The notes beneath the pieces are model-generated. The model did not search any database and was not told where the DNA came from. It saw only the letters and a program-made list of their open reading frames with translations. The translations under genes were made by a program, and so were the position numbers. Below are positions 8,330-16,108 of a DNA stretch of 64,000 nt, one piece after another. Positions within the stretch are counted from its first letter, which is position 1. Each line of letters begins with the position of its first letter. The stretch comes from a virus. The DNA is taken from IMG/VR virus record IMGVR_UViG_3300032770_000018, positions 1 through 64,000 of that record; one strand, given 5' to 3'.

Positions 8330-8560
8330 AGCTGGTCACCCCGAAGGCTTGAGTGCCTGGGCGTGGACACCCGGATCGGCAGGCCAAGCCCGGCGGTGAG
8401 CCGACAAGCAGGCCATTGCACCCCGGGAGAACGGTCAACGGAAATGTAGATCGCTCGAGCTCCGTGGCTGGCTTAACCGGCTGGTCATGACCAAAGGACT
8501 CTCGAGCACGCGGCGCGGACGCCCTCCGGAAACCGCCGCGGCGACCTGATAGGGGTGCGT
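8330..8560 (+). ncRNA. candidate structured non-coding RNA (RNA-2b, possibly continuous with 2a)
   Basis: Nested stems TCACC/GGTGA, GGCTTG/CAAGCC, GCACCCC/GGGGTGC, GCTCGAG/CTCGAGC, CGCGGCG/CGCCGCG. Confidence 0.5.
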
Positions 8561-8961
8561 CATGCCCAAATCCATTCGTGCCCAGATCCGAAAGCCATCA
8601 AGCCGGGAGCATTAACCACTCGCGCGCAAAAACGTCCAGTTCCAAGACAGCCAAACCGATGAATGATTGAATGATGCCCGGACCAAAGTTGCTCGTCTCG
8701 TTCTCAAAACTGCGAAAATCGGCGTTTCCGTTCGCAGAAGTGAGAACCGGCCAGCACAAAATACCCTATTTTGTCCGACTTTCCAAGATTCGCTCGACAG
8801 GTCAGCGGTTTGCGCTTCCTCGACCAGCGATTTCGAGCCCAGGCCGGCCGCCTGGTGGAGGATTCCACCCTCCCGGTGGTTGGGGCGGGACCGCCCGGCC
8901 ATGCCCGGCCAGCCGTCGCAGGTCACCCTGCTGGACTCAAAGCGATTCATGGGTTCACCTT

Positions 8962-9300
8962 TCAGATTTTTTGAGGCTCTGGAGGGCGGGTTTTGCTGGC
9001 TGCTGGACGGGTTGGAGATTTTTTGAATGGGTTATTGGGCTGATTTGCGGCGTACAGGTTGGCGTCTGCCGGGCATGGGGTAGTGAATCCGTCGCGCAGG
9101 ACGTGGCCAACGACCGAGACCTTTCCTCGGGTGCGGAGGTTGCAGAGGTGGGCGCTGGCGCGGCGGCGGCTGGCGTAGAGTGATAGCTTTGGCCAGAGGA
9201 TGGCGCCAATCTCAGGGGCGGTGGCTGGTGAGTCGGCGAGGAGCCTGAGGATTCGGCAGGTGATGGTCACCGCTGTTGGGCTTGTAACTCGTGGAACAAT
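8962..9300 (-). CDS. putative winged-HTH protein (start uncertain)
   Basis: RILRLLADSPATAPEIGAIL...ASAHLCNLRTRGKV. Confidence 0.5.
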   Translation of the reverse strand: MVPRVTSPTAVTITCRILRLLADSPATAPEIGAILWPKLSLYASRRRASAHLCNLRTRGKVSVVGHVLRDGFTTPCPADANLYAANQPNNPFKKSPTRPAASKTRPPEPQKI

Positions 9301-9430
9301 TCGGTGTGGAGGCGCCGGCGTGAGCGTTCCTGTCGGGCGTGGCAGTCCCGGCAGGTGCGCTGGCCTGGGCGGGCGGGCAGGCCGCAACGGCAGTTGGTGT
9401 GGCCGATGGGCGGTGGTGCCGGCTGGGGAT

Positions 9431-9922
9431 TCACAGTTCGAACGGCAGGAGGGTCTTGGGGGAGCCGTAGATTAGAGCGCAGCCAGCGCAGAGCTTGCGG
9501 CCGTTGGGGATTGGCTTGTGGCGGAGGGCTTCCTGCCAGACAGCGGGGTTGCGGCAGTAGGAGACCGAGCAGCGGATGACGATCCTGCGGCTGGGGATAG
9601 CCAGCATCTTCGGGTCCGGGTCCACGTCGTACCAGTGCAGGAACCACTCATTGCGCCGGCGCGACCTCCACATCTTGCCGAGATAAGTGCCGGTCGGGAT
9701 GCTCGCCGAATACTCGGCAAGCCGCTCGAAGTCGGCGAAGGTCATGCTGGCCTCCCTCGGGCTGAGCAGGATCCTTTCCAGGGCAGGCTGCTCCCAATGA
9801 GCGCACAGCGGGTCAGTCATTGGCGGGATGATGGTATCCGCCGGGCCGGTGCCGCGGAAGATGACATCGAAGTTCTCGGCGTAGGCGCGGCGGTTGGTGA
9901 CTCGGGATTGGGTGTCGTTCAT
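9431..9922 (-). CDS. hypothetical phage protein with C-terminal Zn finger
   Basis: LAEYSASIPTGTYLGKMW motif; CxxxxC...CxxC. Confidence 0.65.
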   Translation of the reverse strand: MNDTQSRVTNRRAYAENFDVIFRGTGPADTIIPPMTDPLCAHWEQPALERILLSPREASMTFADFERLAEYSASIPTGTYLGKMWRSRRRNEWFLHWYDVDPDPKMLAIPSRRIVIRCSVSYCRNPAVWQEALRHKPIPNGRKLCAGCALIYGSPKTLLPFEL

Positions 9923-9929
9923 AGGGGGT

Positions 9930-10184
9930 CTATCGGTCTCCCCAGACTGCGAGGTTCATCGCCGCGGCTGCCAGGGAGAGCACGCAGAGGATTTTGGCCG
10001 GCAGGGGCAGGAGGGCGACCAGCGGGCAGGCCAGGAGGTTGAGCAGGACGGTCCGGCGCCAGCCCAGGAGGAAGACCAGCGGGTTGAGTTCCCGGGCGAG
10101 GTTCGGGCTGGCCAGGCGCGTGGTCAGGAGGTCGGCCGCGCGGCAGGCCAACAGGCAGAGCAGGATGAGGAAGTAGCCGATCAC
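9930..10184 (-). CDS. small membrane protein (DUF5658-like)
   Basis: Hydrophobic with DLLTT...ELNP motif; GTG start. Confidence 0.55.
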   Translation of the reverse strand: MIGYFLILLCLLACRAADLLTTRLASPNLARELNPLVFLLGWRRTVLLNLLACPLVALLPLPAKILCVLSLAAAAMNLAVWGDR

Positions 10185-10206
10185 TGTGTGGAGTCCTAGG
10201 CGGCGA

Positions 10207-10701
10207 TCATGGCTTGGATAATTTGCGCCGCGACTTGGGGGATCGCTCGGAGTCCCATCGTTTTTGGCAGACTCGGCAGACTCGCCTGCCGGACTTTGTT
10301 CTTCCGGTTTTAAGATGTCCGTGGATGCAGTGAGTTTTTGCGGGTGGCGCCGGAATGTCTCCGTTCTGATGATGAAGCCGCATGTGGCAGGTCGAGCAAA
10401 GCGTGGCGAGGTTGGCTGGTGAGTTGTCGGACCAAACACGGTTCTTGTGGTGAATCTCAAGGTCAGCGGTCGTTCCGCAGTTTTCGCAAGTGGTCTTTTT
10501 GAACCGCCGAGCAAGCATCTGCCATCGCCCTCGGGATTTCTTTTCTTTGACCATCGCCTTAGCCATGCAGAGAAATCCGCAGTACTTTCTCCTGCCGTAC
10601 ACGGCCCTATCTTCCCATCGGTCTCCGAACTGTTTTCTTTCCATGACCTTGCCGCAAAACGCGCAAGGTTTGAGGTCAACCGGGATAAGTTTTCTGCCCA
10701 T
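10207..10701 (-). CDS. HNH homing endonuclease with Zn-finger flanks
   Basis: CENC...EIHHKN...NLATLCSTCH; own TTGCGG-17-TATGTT leaderless promoter. Confidence 0.88.
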   Translation of the reverse strand: MGRKLIPVDLKPCAFCGKVMERKQFGDRWEDRAVYGRRKYCGFLCMAKAMVKEKKSRGRWQMLARRFKKTTCENCGTTADLEIHHKNRVWSDNSPANLATLCSTCHMRLHHQNGDIPAPPAKTHCIHGHLKTGRTKSGRRVCRVCQKRWDSERSPKSRRKLSKP

Positions 10702-10758
10702 GAATAGAACATAAGCCTATGGCCTATCTTCCGCAAGGATCATCGCTCGAATTATCTC

Positions 10759-11781
10759 CTAGGCCACCGGCCATACGATGGAATTTCCCAAGGCTGCAAT
10801 CATTTTTGAGCGAAATCGCTTAGGTATTCCAGACTGTACCCTTGCAGCCAAAGAGTGAAGGCCAACTGGAGCGCGGCGAACGACGGACCCTCCTTTGCCA
10901 TCGGGGCAGAGCAGCCATTGGAAGTCTCCCCAATGGCCCAATGCAAAGAGTCTATCAGCTCGGTTGAGTGGCCCTTGCGGCCTTCCGGTCTGCACGGACC
11001 GCCCTGAGTGCTCGCGTTGGCCGTCGGCCACAGGCTGGCTTTCAGGCTCAGAATATGTTCCGCCCGCGTCCCATCGGTCTGATTCGCCAGGGCCTCTTTG
11101 AGTTGCGCCGGCATCGGCATTCCGCCCTGGGCGAATTTGCTCACTCTGCCGCCCGACGGACTGACCGCCGTGCCCCACAAACTCGCCTTGAGTTGGTTGG
11201 GAAGCGAGTCGTTCACGTACCAAACACGCTGCGTCTGGCCTTTCCAGTCCCGGCTTCGGCACGTTGCCCAGTTCGCCATTGCGATGCCCGATAATCCAAA
11301 TTCTCTCCCGGTCTTGTGGCGAATCAATGGCACAAGCCGGTATAGAGACCGGTTGGACCTCGTAGCCGAGCCCCTCCAACTCAGCAAGGATTCCGTCGAG
11401 CCCCACGTCGAGGAGGCCAACAACGTTTTCAAAACAGAACCAAGCGGGCCGGATAATCGAACACACGGAAACAGCCTGAGGCCAGAGCCAACGCACATCG
11501 CTTTCGCCTCCTTGGTTCCCGGCTCGACTGGCGCTTTGGCAAGGAGGACTTCCTGTGAGCAGCCAGGTTCGGCCGGCGTATTCCTCTGATGGGAATGATT
11601 CGACGGCGCGGTAACAAGGGCACCCCCAAACTCTTTCAAGCCCGGCTGCGAGCCATTCTTCTCTTTCGCAAAGAGCGATCGTTGTGAGTCCGTTTGCATG
11701 GGCGGCTAGCGGCCAGCCCCCAATCCCGGAGAAGATGTCAACGTGTGTCCATGGTGAATTTTCATGTGGCAGGATCGGCAT
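10759..11781 (-). CDS. DNA (cytosine-5) methyltransferase, alpha polypeptide
   Basis: Motifs I FSGIGG, IV GSPPCQ, VI ENV, VIII QDRERIW, X LGNSI; motif IX absent from this frame. Confidence 0.9.
   Translation of the reverse strand: MPILPHENSPWTHVDIFSGIGGWPLAAHANGLTTIALCEREEWLAAGLERVWGCPCYRAVESFPSEEYAGRTWLLTGSPPCQSASRAGNQGGESDVRWLWPQAVSVCSIIRPAWFCFENVVGLLDVGLDGILAELEGLGYEVQPVSIPACAIDSPQDRERIWIIGHRNGELGNVPKPGLERPDAACLVRERLASQPTQGEFVGHGGQSVGRQSEQIRPGRNADAGATQRGPGESDRWDAGGTYSEPESQPVADGQREHSGRSVQTGRPQGPLNRADRLFALGHWGDFQWLLCPDGKGGSVVRRAPVGLHSLAARVQSGIPKRFRSKMIAALGNSIVWPVA
10800..11699 (-). CDS. C5-methyltransferase beta polypeptide in alternative frame (TRD + motif IX)
   Basis: 299-codon ORF nested in the MTase; WATCRSRDWKG/WPTA repeats and FTLWLQGYSLEY motif-IX-like end. 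Confidence 0.7.
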   Translation of the reverse strand: MQTDSQRSLFAKEKNGSQPGLKEFGGALVTAPSNHSHQRNTPAEPGCSQEVLLAKAPVEPGTKEAKAMCVGSGLRLFPCVRLSGPLGSVLKTLLASSTWGSTESLLSWRGSATRSNRSLYRLVPLIRHKTGREFGLSGIAMANWATCRSRDWKGQTQRVWYVNDSLPNQLKASLWGTAVSPSGGRVSKFAQGGMPMPAQLKEALANQTDGTRAEHILSLKASLWPTANASTQGGPCRPEGRKGHSTELIDSLHWAIGETSNGCSAPMAKEGPSFAALQLAFTLWLQGYSLEYLSDFAQK

Positions 11782-12095
11782 ACGGTTAATAGGTTGAGGG
11801 TGGCATCGTTGCGCCAGTTGGTGTCTTTGTGGTGAACATCAAGCCGCCCTTTTCGGCCGCAGATTTCACAAGCCCCTTTGACAAACCCCCTAGCCCTAAA
11901 TCCGTGGGCTGATTTGCTCGCAGGCAATTCCATTTCGGCGTCCGCGCGGCACCTGTTGTTGCAGTAGCGCCTCCTCGCGAACATGACGTGAGATTCAAGC
12001 CAGCCACATGGCGACAAACGCCGCTTGAGTTTTTTTCCGCACTGCTCGCAGAATTTGTCCCCAACGATGATGGATGGTTTTCTGCCGGATTTCAT
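11706..12095 (-). CDS. HNH endonuclease
   Basis: CEIC...DVHHKD...NLLTVCRSCH; paralog of 10207; own leaderless promoter. Confidence 0.88.
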   Translation of the reverse strand: MKSGRKPSIIVGDKFCEQCGKKLKRRLSPCGWLESHVMFARRRYCNNRCRADAEMELPASKSAHGFRARGFVKGACEICGRKGRLDVHHKDTNWRNDATLNLLTVCRSCHMKIHHGHTLTSSPGLGAGR

Positions 12096-12184
12096 TCCTG
12101 TAAAATAACGCTATTTGAGAATCACACAAGAGGATTCTCAAACAAACCCGCCGATGCCCGAAAACAGGTCTATGTGGAGACAGG

Positions 12185-12565
12185 TCACGCCCTTGGAGGT
12201 TCGGGGATTGGGAGATGCGCCGGAGGAGCCTGCTCTTCGAGCATGTTCTCGACGACGTGCTTCATGTGCTCGGTGGCGTTAAGCTGGCGGCTGACCCGGC
12301 CGACGATGAGCGGCTGGATCTTGCCCGGCGAGTGCTGGGTGGCGATGCCGATCATGACGACGAGGTTGTGGCCAAAGAGGATGGCCAGACGCTCGCGCAG
12401 CCCAAACTTCCTGAACCACTCGACCTTGAGGGACGAGCGGAAGACCGTCGGGACTTCGCGGGCGCGGGACTTGGCCACCTTGCCGGAGACTTCTTTGGCT
12501 ACGGCTTTGAGGGTGTTGGCGTTGAGGTCTGGTCGTTGCATAAAATGGCGTCCCCCGTTTGCCAA
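12185..12565 (-). CDS. hypothetical protein (start uncertain)
   Basis: ORF in operon orientation. Confidence 0.5.
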   Translation of the reverse strand: MANGGRHFMQRPDLNANTLKAVAKEVSGKVAKSRAREVPTVFRSSLKVEWFRKFGLRERLAILFGHNLVVMIGIATQHSPGKIQPLIVGRVSRQLNATEHMKHVVENMLEEQAPPAHLPIPEPPRA

Positions 12566-12677
12566 AGCGGCGACCGAGCGAGTCCGAATGGCGAGCGGCC
12601 CGGAGAAGAGAGCCAGTAGGCAAGACCTGGGCCATTATCATGCGGATGTTCATTCGGTCCAGGGGACATAAAGTGAA

Positions 12678-13604
12678 TCAGTGGGCGCAGATGCCGGCGC
12701 CCAGCGGAAGTTCTTTCAAGGCCCATAGGTCGTCGGGGATGCGCCCTTGTTTATCGGGCTTCCGGCCGTAGTCCTGCTTGAACCACACGGCGCACTGATG
12801 GGCCTGGGCATCACGCACCAGGTTTATCAGGAGGTCAACTCCACGGTCGCGGAAGCTGGGCCCGCTCTCGCCGCCGACGACGATCCAGTCCAGGTAATGG
12901 GAGCAGCTTACCTCTTCGTCCTGGAGAAGCTCGCTGAATCCGAATGGCTCGAGCAGTGGCTCAGCGCTGCACCAGGTGACCAGCGCCGGGATGTGCTTGG
13001 CGATGTCATGCCGCTCACGCCACTCGCGGGCGGTCCCGGCGGTGTAGCCGAACCAGACGTTGGGAGGGGCCTTGCCGCCCAGCCAGGAACGGGCCCAGGC
13101 GACGGCGTCGGCATCGAGCGGGCTGCGGCATTCCTTGACGAGCAGTTCGAGTCCCGGTCGCCAGAGCTGCGGGCGCTTGGTCAGGAGCAGCCAATCCAGG
13201 CATGGCGAACTGCGGATGGCATTGACCACGCGCAACAGGCAGGCCGAGCGGGCCATCCAGTGGCCGTCGAGAGTGATCGCCCCGGCCGGCATGGCGTCGA
13301 ACGGGTCGATCAGGCTCATGAAGATGCGGCGGCGCTCGCCGGCTTTGGCGGCCGCGCGGTTGAGCCGCTCGACCCCGTCGGAGAAGCCCTGGGTGAGGAC
13401 GCGCGGCGCGTGGTCTCCCCAGACCGGGCGCGTGTCGTAGTCGTCTATTCCGGCCAGGCGGTAGGCTTCCCGGATGCGGGCTGAGTAGAACTTGCCGGTC
13501 ATCGCTTCGCTGTAGCAGTTGGTGCAACAGGCGTCCACTTTCGAGCACACCAGCCAGGGAGCCAGCGTGTGGTGCGCCCAAGGAACTTTGGAGTCTTTGC
13601 TCAT
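12678..13604 (-). CDS. DUF5131 / phage Gp37-Gp68 family radical-SAM-like protein
   Basis: CSKVDACCTNCY, LLLTKRP, SAEPLL, WIVVGGESG, WFKQ. Confidence 0.9.
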   Translation of the reverse strand: MSKDSKVPWAHHTLAPWLVCSKVDACCTNCYSEAMTGKFYSARIREAYRLAGIDDYDTRPVWGDHAPRVLTQGFSDGVERLNRAAAKAGERRRIFMSLIDPFDAMPAGAITLDGHWMARSACLLRVVNAIRSSPCLDWLLLTKRPQLWRPGLELLVKECRSPLDADAVAWARSWLGGKAPPNVWFGYTAGTAREWRERHDIAKHIPALVTWCSAEPLLEPFGFSELLQDEEVSCSHYLDWIVVGGESGPSFRDRGVDLLINLVRDAQAHQCAVWFKQDYGRKPDKQGRIPDDLWALKELPLGAGICAH

Positions 13605-15073
13605 AACGGTTTCTGGAAAATCAGGACTTCCTCGTAGTCAATCCTCGGCGAACCCTTCTTCTCGGCCAGCCGACGGAAGAAGCTCTTGCGGGATTTGGTT
13701 TCGAGCGTGCCGTCCTGCTCGAACAGGTCGTTGTGGCGCTTCTCTTTCACGAGCATCGCGTGAATGCGTTCGAGTGGGGTGAAGCCGATGTGTTCGAGGA
13801 GTCGGGCGGTGTCGTCGCAGAGGGGGACGCGCTGGCGATTTTTGATATAGTCCTTCACAACTAAGCAAATGATGCCGCCGGGTTTGATGGCGCGAAAGCA
13901 GGCGCGGTAAACGGCGTCAACGGCCTGCCAGTAGGTCTCACCGGATTCCTGGCCGATCTGGCCTTCGGTATTTCCGTATTCTTGGTCCTGCCGTCTCGCC
14001 AAGGCTGCAGCGCGCGCCGTCTCGCTCGCTGGATGCCCCTTGCCATTGTGGGGAACGAAATTGAACTTGCTCGCCTTCATTGAGCCCTCTTGATCCTCAA
14101 ACGGCGGACTCGTTACCACGCCGGCCACGGTTCCAGATTTGAGGCGCGAGATTTGCCCGTCTGTCGCGCCGTAGCGTTGGTCAGCGTTCTGGCTGGCGAG
14201 CGTTGCCGTGCGACCCGATTGCTGGCCGGGATGCTTGGCGGGCTTCGTGTTCAGGCCACCGGCGCCCGCCGCAATGTCGGAGTAAGGCGGCGATGAAACC
14301 ACCGCCGAAACCGTCCCCAATTTCAGCGTCTCGATATTTCCATCAGTCCTCTCCCCGGCGAGCCCCTGGTAAGTTCGGTTGCCGACCATGTCCGGTTTGT
14401 CTGGAGCGCCGTTCAGTGGCGCGGCGTATTTCCGCCCCGGTGCCGGCACGTAGCCTTTGACATTGATCCCGCCGCCGCCTTTCCCGCTGGTCTCGGCATA
14501 CGGCGGACTCGCAATCACCGCCCCAACCTTGCCCGAGCGCAGGCGTCCGATTTGGCCGGCTTCCTCGCCGTATTCCGCGTGGCACGAAACCCCCTTACTG
14601 TGATTCTGTCCAAGTTCCCCGTTCTGCTTCGCCTTCTCCCAGTCAATCCCGTCCTGTTGAGCGCGTAGTGACTCCGAATACGGCGGACTGGTGACGATGG
14701 CGCCGGCGCCCGCAATCACTTCATCGAACTGCCGCGAGTCACCCTGGACGATCACTGGCATCGGCGCGTTCAACTGGCCCAGCCGGTAGGCGTGCAGGGC
14801 GAAGTTGTCTTGGGCCATCTTTACAAAACGCGGTTCCAGTTCGCAGCCTACCCAGGCCAGCCCGCGATAGGCAGCGATCACCCCGCCGGTGCCGATGCCC
14901 CCAAAGCAGTCCACAACCGTGTCGCCTTTCGAGAGCCAGCCGCGCTCGATGCAATGGTCGAGGATGCGCTCAATGAGTCCGCGCGAGAACTTGGCTGGGT
15001 GAGCAAAGCTCTCCGACGTGATAAAGCCGTCCCAGCGGGAGTCGTAACAGCCGTGCCAGATGATGGGTTTCAT
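13601..15073 (-). CDS. DNA amino-methyltransferase (N4C/N6A) with four repeated SPPY/F modules
   Basis: HPAKF, DCFGGIGT (motif I), GCELE, SPPY x3 plus SPPF, IKPGGIICLVVKD. Confidence 0.85.
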   Translation of the reverse strand: MKPIIWHGCYDSRWDGFITSESFAHPAKFSRGLIERILDHCIERGWLSKGDTVVDCFGGIGTGGVIAAYRGLAWVGCELEPRFVKMAQDNFALHAYRLGQLNAPMPVIVQGDSRQFDEVIAGAGAIVTSPPYSESLRAQQDGIDWEKAKQNGELGQNHSKGVSCHAEYGEEAGQIGRLRSGKVGAVIASPPYAETSGKGGGGINVKGYVPAPGRKYAAPLNGAPDKPDMVGNRTYQGLAGERTDGNIETLKLGTVSAVVSSPPYSDIAAGAGGLNTKPAKHPGQQSGRTATLASQNADQRYGATDGQISRLKSGTVAGVVTSPPFEDQEGSMKASKFNFVPHNGKGHPASETARAAALARRQDQEYGNTEGQIGQESGETYWQAVDAVYRACFRAIKPGGIICLVVKDYIKNRQRVPLCDDTARLLEHIGFTPLERIHAMLVKEKRHNDLFEQDGTLETKSRKSFFRRLAEKKGSPRIDYEEVLIFQKPL

Positions 15074-15077
15074 CGCG

Positions 15078-15584
15078 CTAAAACGGGATCTTGCTCTTTA
15101 CCTCAGCCGAGTGATTTCGATGCGGCACCCCTCTTCGCCGGGCGCGACCCTTACCACCGTCCACGACCCCGATACCAAGTCGTTCACCGAGTCGTCTTCG
15201 GGTAGCCGTGATAACATCGCAAAGAGTTTCGAGCGCACCCGTTGGGTCCCGTCGCTGCCGGTTTGACACATAATAAGTAACTGCGATTCTAAACTCTGGA
15301 TGGCCTTCTCCATCCATTCCTGAAACTCCGGGGATGTAATCAGGAGCGGCCTCTTGAGCGGCCTCCCGTTCGGCAACTTGGTGATCCACCGCTTGGAATT
15401 CTTGAAGCTTGGGATGTGGAAGTTCGGCGCCGACGATTGGGCCTCTGGTTCCCACTTCTTGCGCATTACCCGCGGAGCCTGGATTCGCTTTAGCTCCAGA
15501 ACGAGCGGCTCGCCTAAACGACCCGTCGGACTGCTGAACAAATCCCCGGGCAAGCATTGAGGCTCTGAGTTCATCGGAGGTCAC
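15078..15584 (-). CDS. RusA-like chain B in overlapping frame (central strand + RRD helix)
   Basis: GTG coupled to the upstream stop; FRIAVTYYVSNRQRRDPTGALETLCDVI. Confidence 0.65.
   Translation of the reverse strand: MTSDELRASMLARGFVQQSDGSFRRAARSGAKANPGSAGNAQEVGTRGPIVGAELPHPKLQEFQAVDHQVAEREAAQEAAPDYIPGVSGMDGEGHPEFRIAVTYYVSNRQRRDPTGALETLCDVITATRRRLGERLGIGVVDGGKGRARRRGVPHRNHSAEVKSKIPF
15098..15574 (-). CDS. rusA: RusA-like Holliday junction resolvase, chain A (N-terminal and C-terminal elements)
   Basis: IPSFKN...ITSPEFQEW and LPEDDS...GCRIEITRL match the RusA termini. Confidence 0.7.
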   Translation of the reverse strand: MNSEPQCLPGDLFSSPTGRLGEPLVLELKRIQAPRVMRKKWEPEAQSSAPNFHIPSFKNSKRWITKLPNGRPLKRPLLITSPEFQEWMEKAIQSLESQLLIMCQTGSDGTQRVRSKLFAMLSRLPEDDSVNDLVSGSWTVVRVAPGEEGCRIEITRLR

Positions 15585-16078
15585 TCGCATTTCTCCGGCA
15601 ACGCCTTGAACCCGCCCTCCTTGAGCGCCTGATAGAAGGTGCGTTCCCCGTCCCACGCGTAGGGCAGGAACACTTCGCGGTACTCGGCCTGCTTCATTTG
15701 GATCATGGACATCTGGACCTCGATCCAGTCTTGAACAATCTTCCAAGCCGTGCGCTCGGCCTGCTGCGCAAAGTCGGACTTACGCTTTTTCTTATGGGGG
15801 CTCCACGCCAAGGATTTCCCGTCCGATGATAGCTGTTCGCCATTGGCGTAGTTCAGCCAGAGTGCGTCCAGTGCCTTCTCTTTGTCGGCGGGAATGCGAA
15901 TCGTCATGCGCGGCGCGCCTTGGTCTGGCTGAATGTGGAAGGTGATGGCCGAAATCTCGCCGTTGGTACCGCGGTACTCCTTGGTGATCCCGCTCACCCC
16001 GCACCGAATTAGCACCTGCTCAATGCGGTAGATGGTCTGGCTTACCGGCACGTTGCTGGTGTAGTTCTTGAGGAACAT
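15581..16078 (-). CDS. conserved hypothetical phage protein
   Basis: KNYTS...QAERTAWKIVQDWIEVQ...EVFLPY pattern. Confidence 0.75.
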   Translation of the reverse strand: MFLKNYTSNVPVSQTIYRIEQVLIRCGVSGITKEYRGTNGEISAITFHIQPDQGAPRMTIRIPADKEKALDALWLNYANGEQLSSDGKSLAWSPHKKKRKSDFAQQAERTAWKIVQDWIEVQMSMIQMKQAEYREVFLPYAWDGERTFYQALKEGGFKALPEKCE

Positions 16079-16108
16079 ATCTCGATTTTCACAGTTTGTT
16101 TGCGCGGC

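Noticed and set aside
10759-10761. Genome-wide TAG reassignment
   Set aside because: Other genes end normally at TAG (for example 41829 and 49731) and long genes lack internal TAGs
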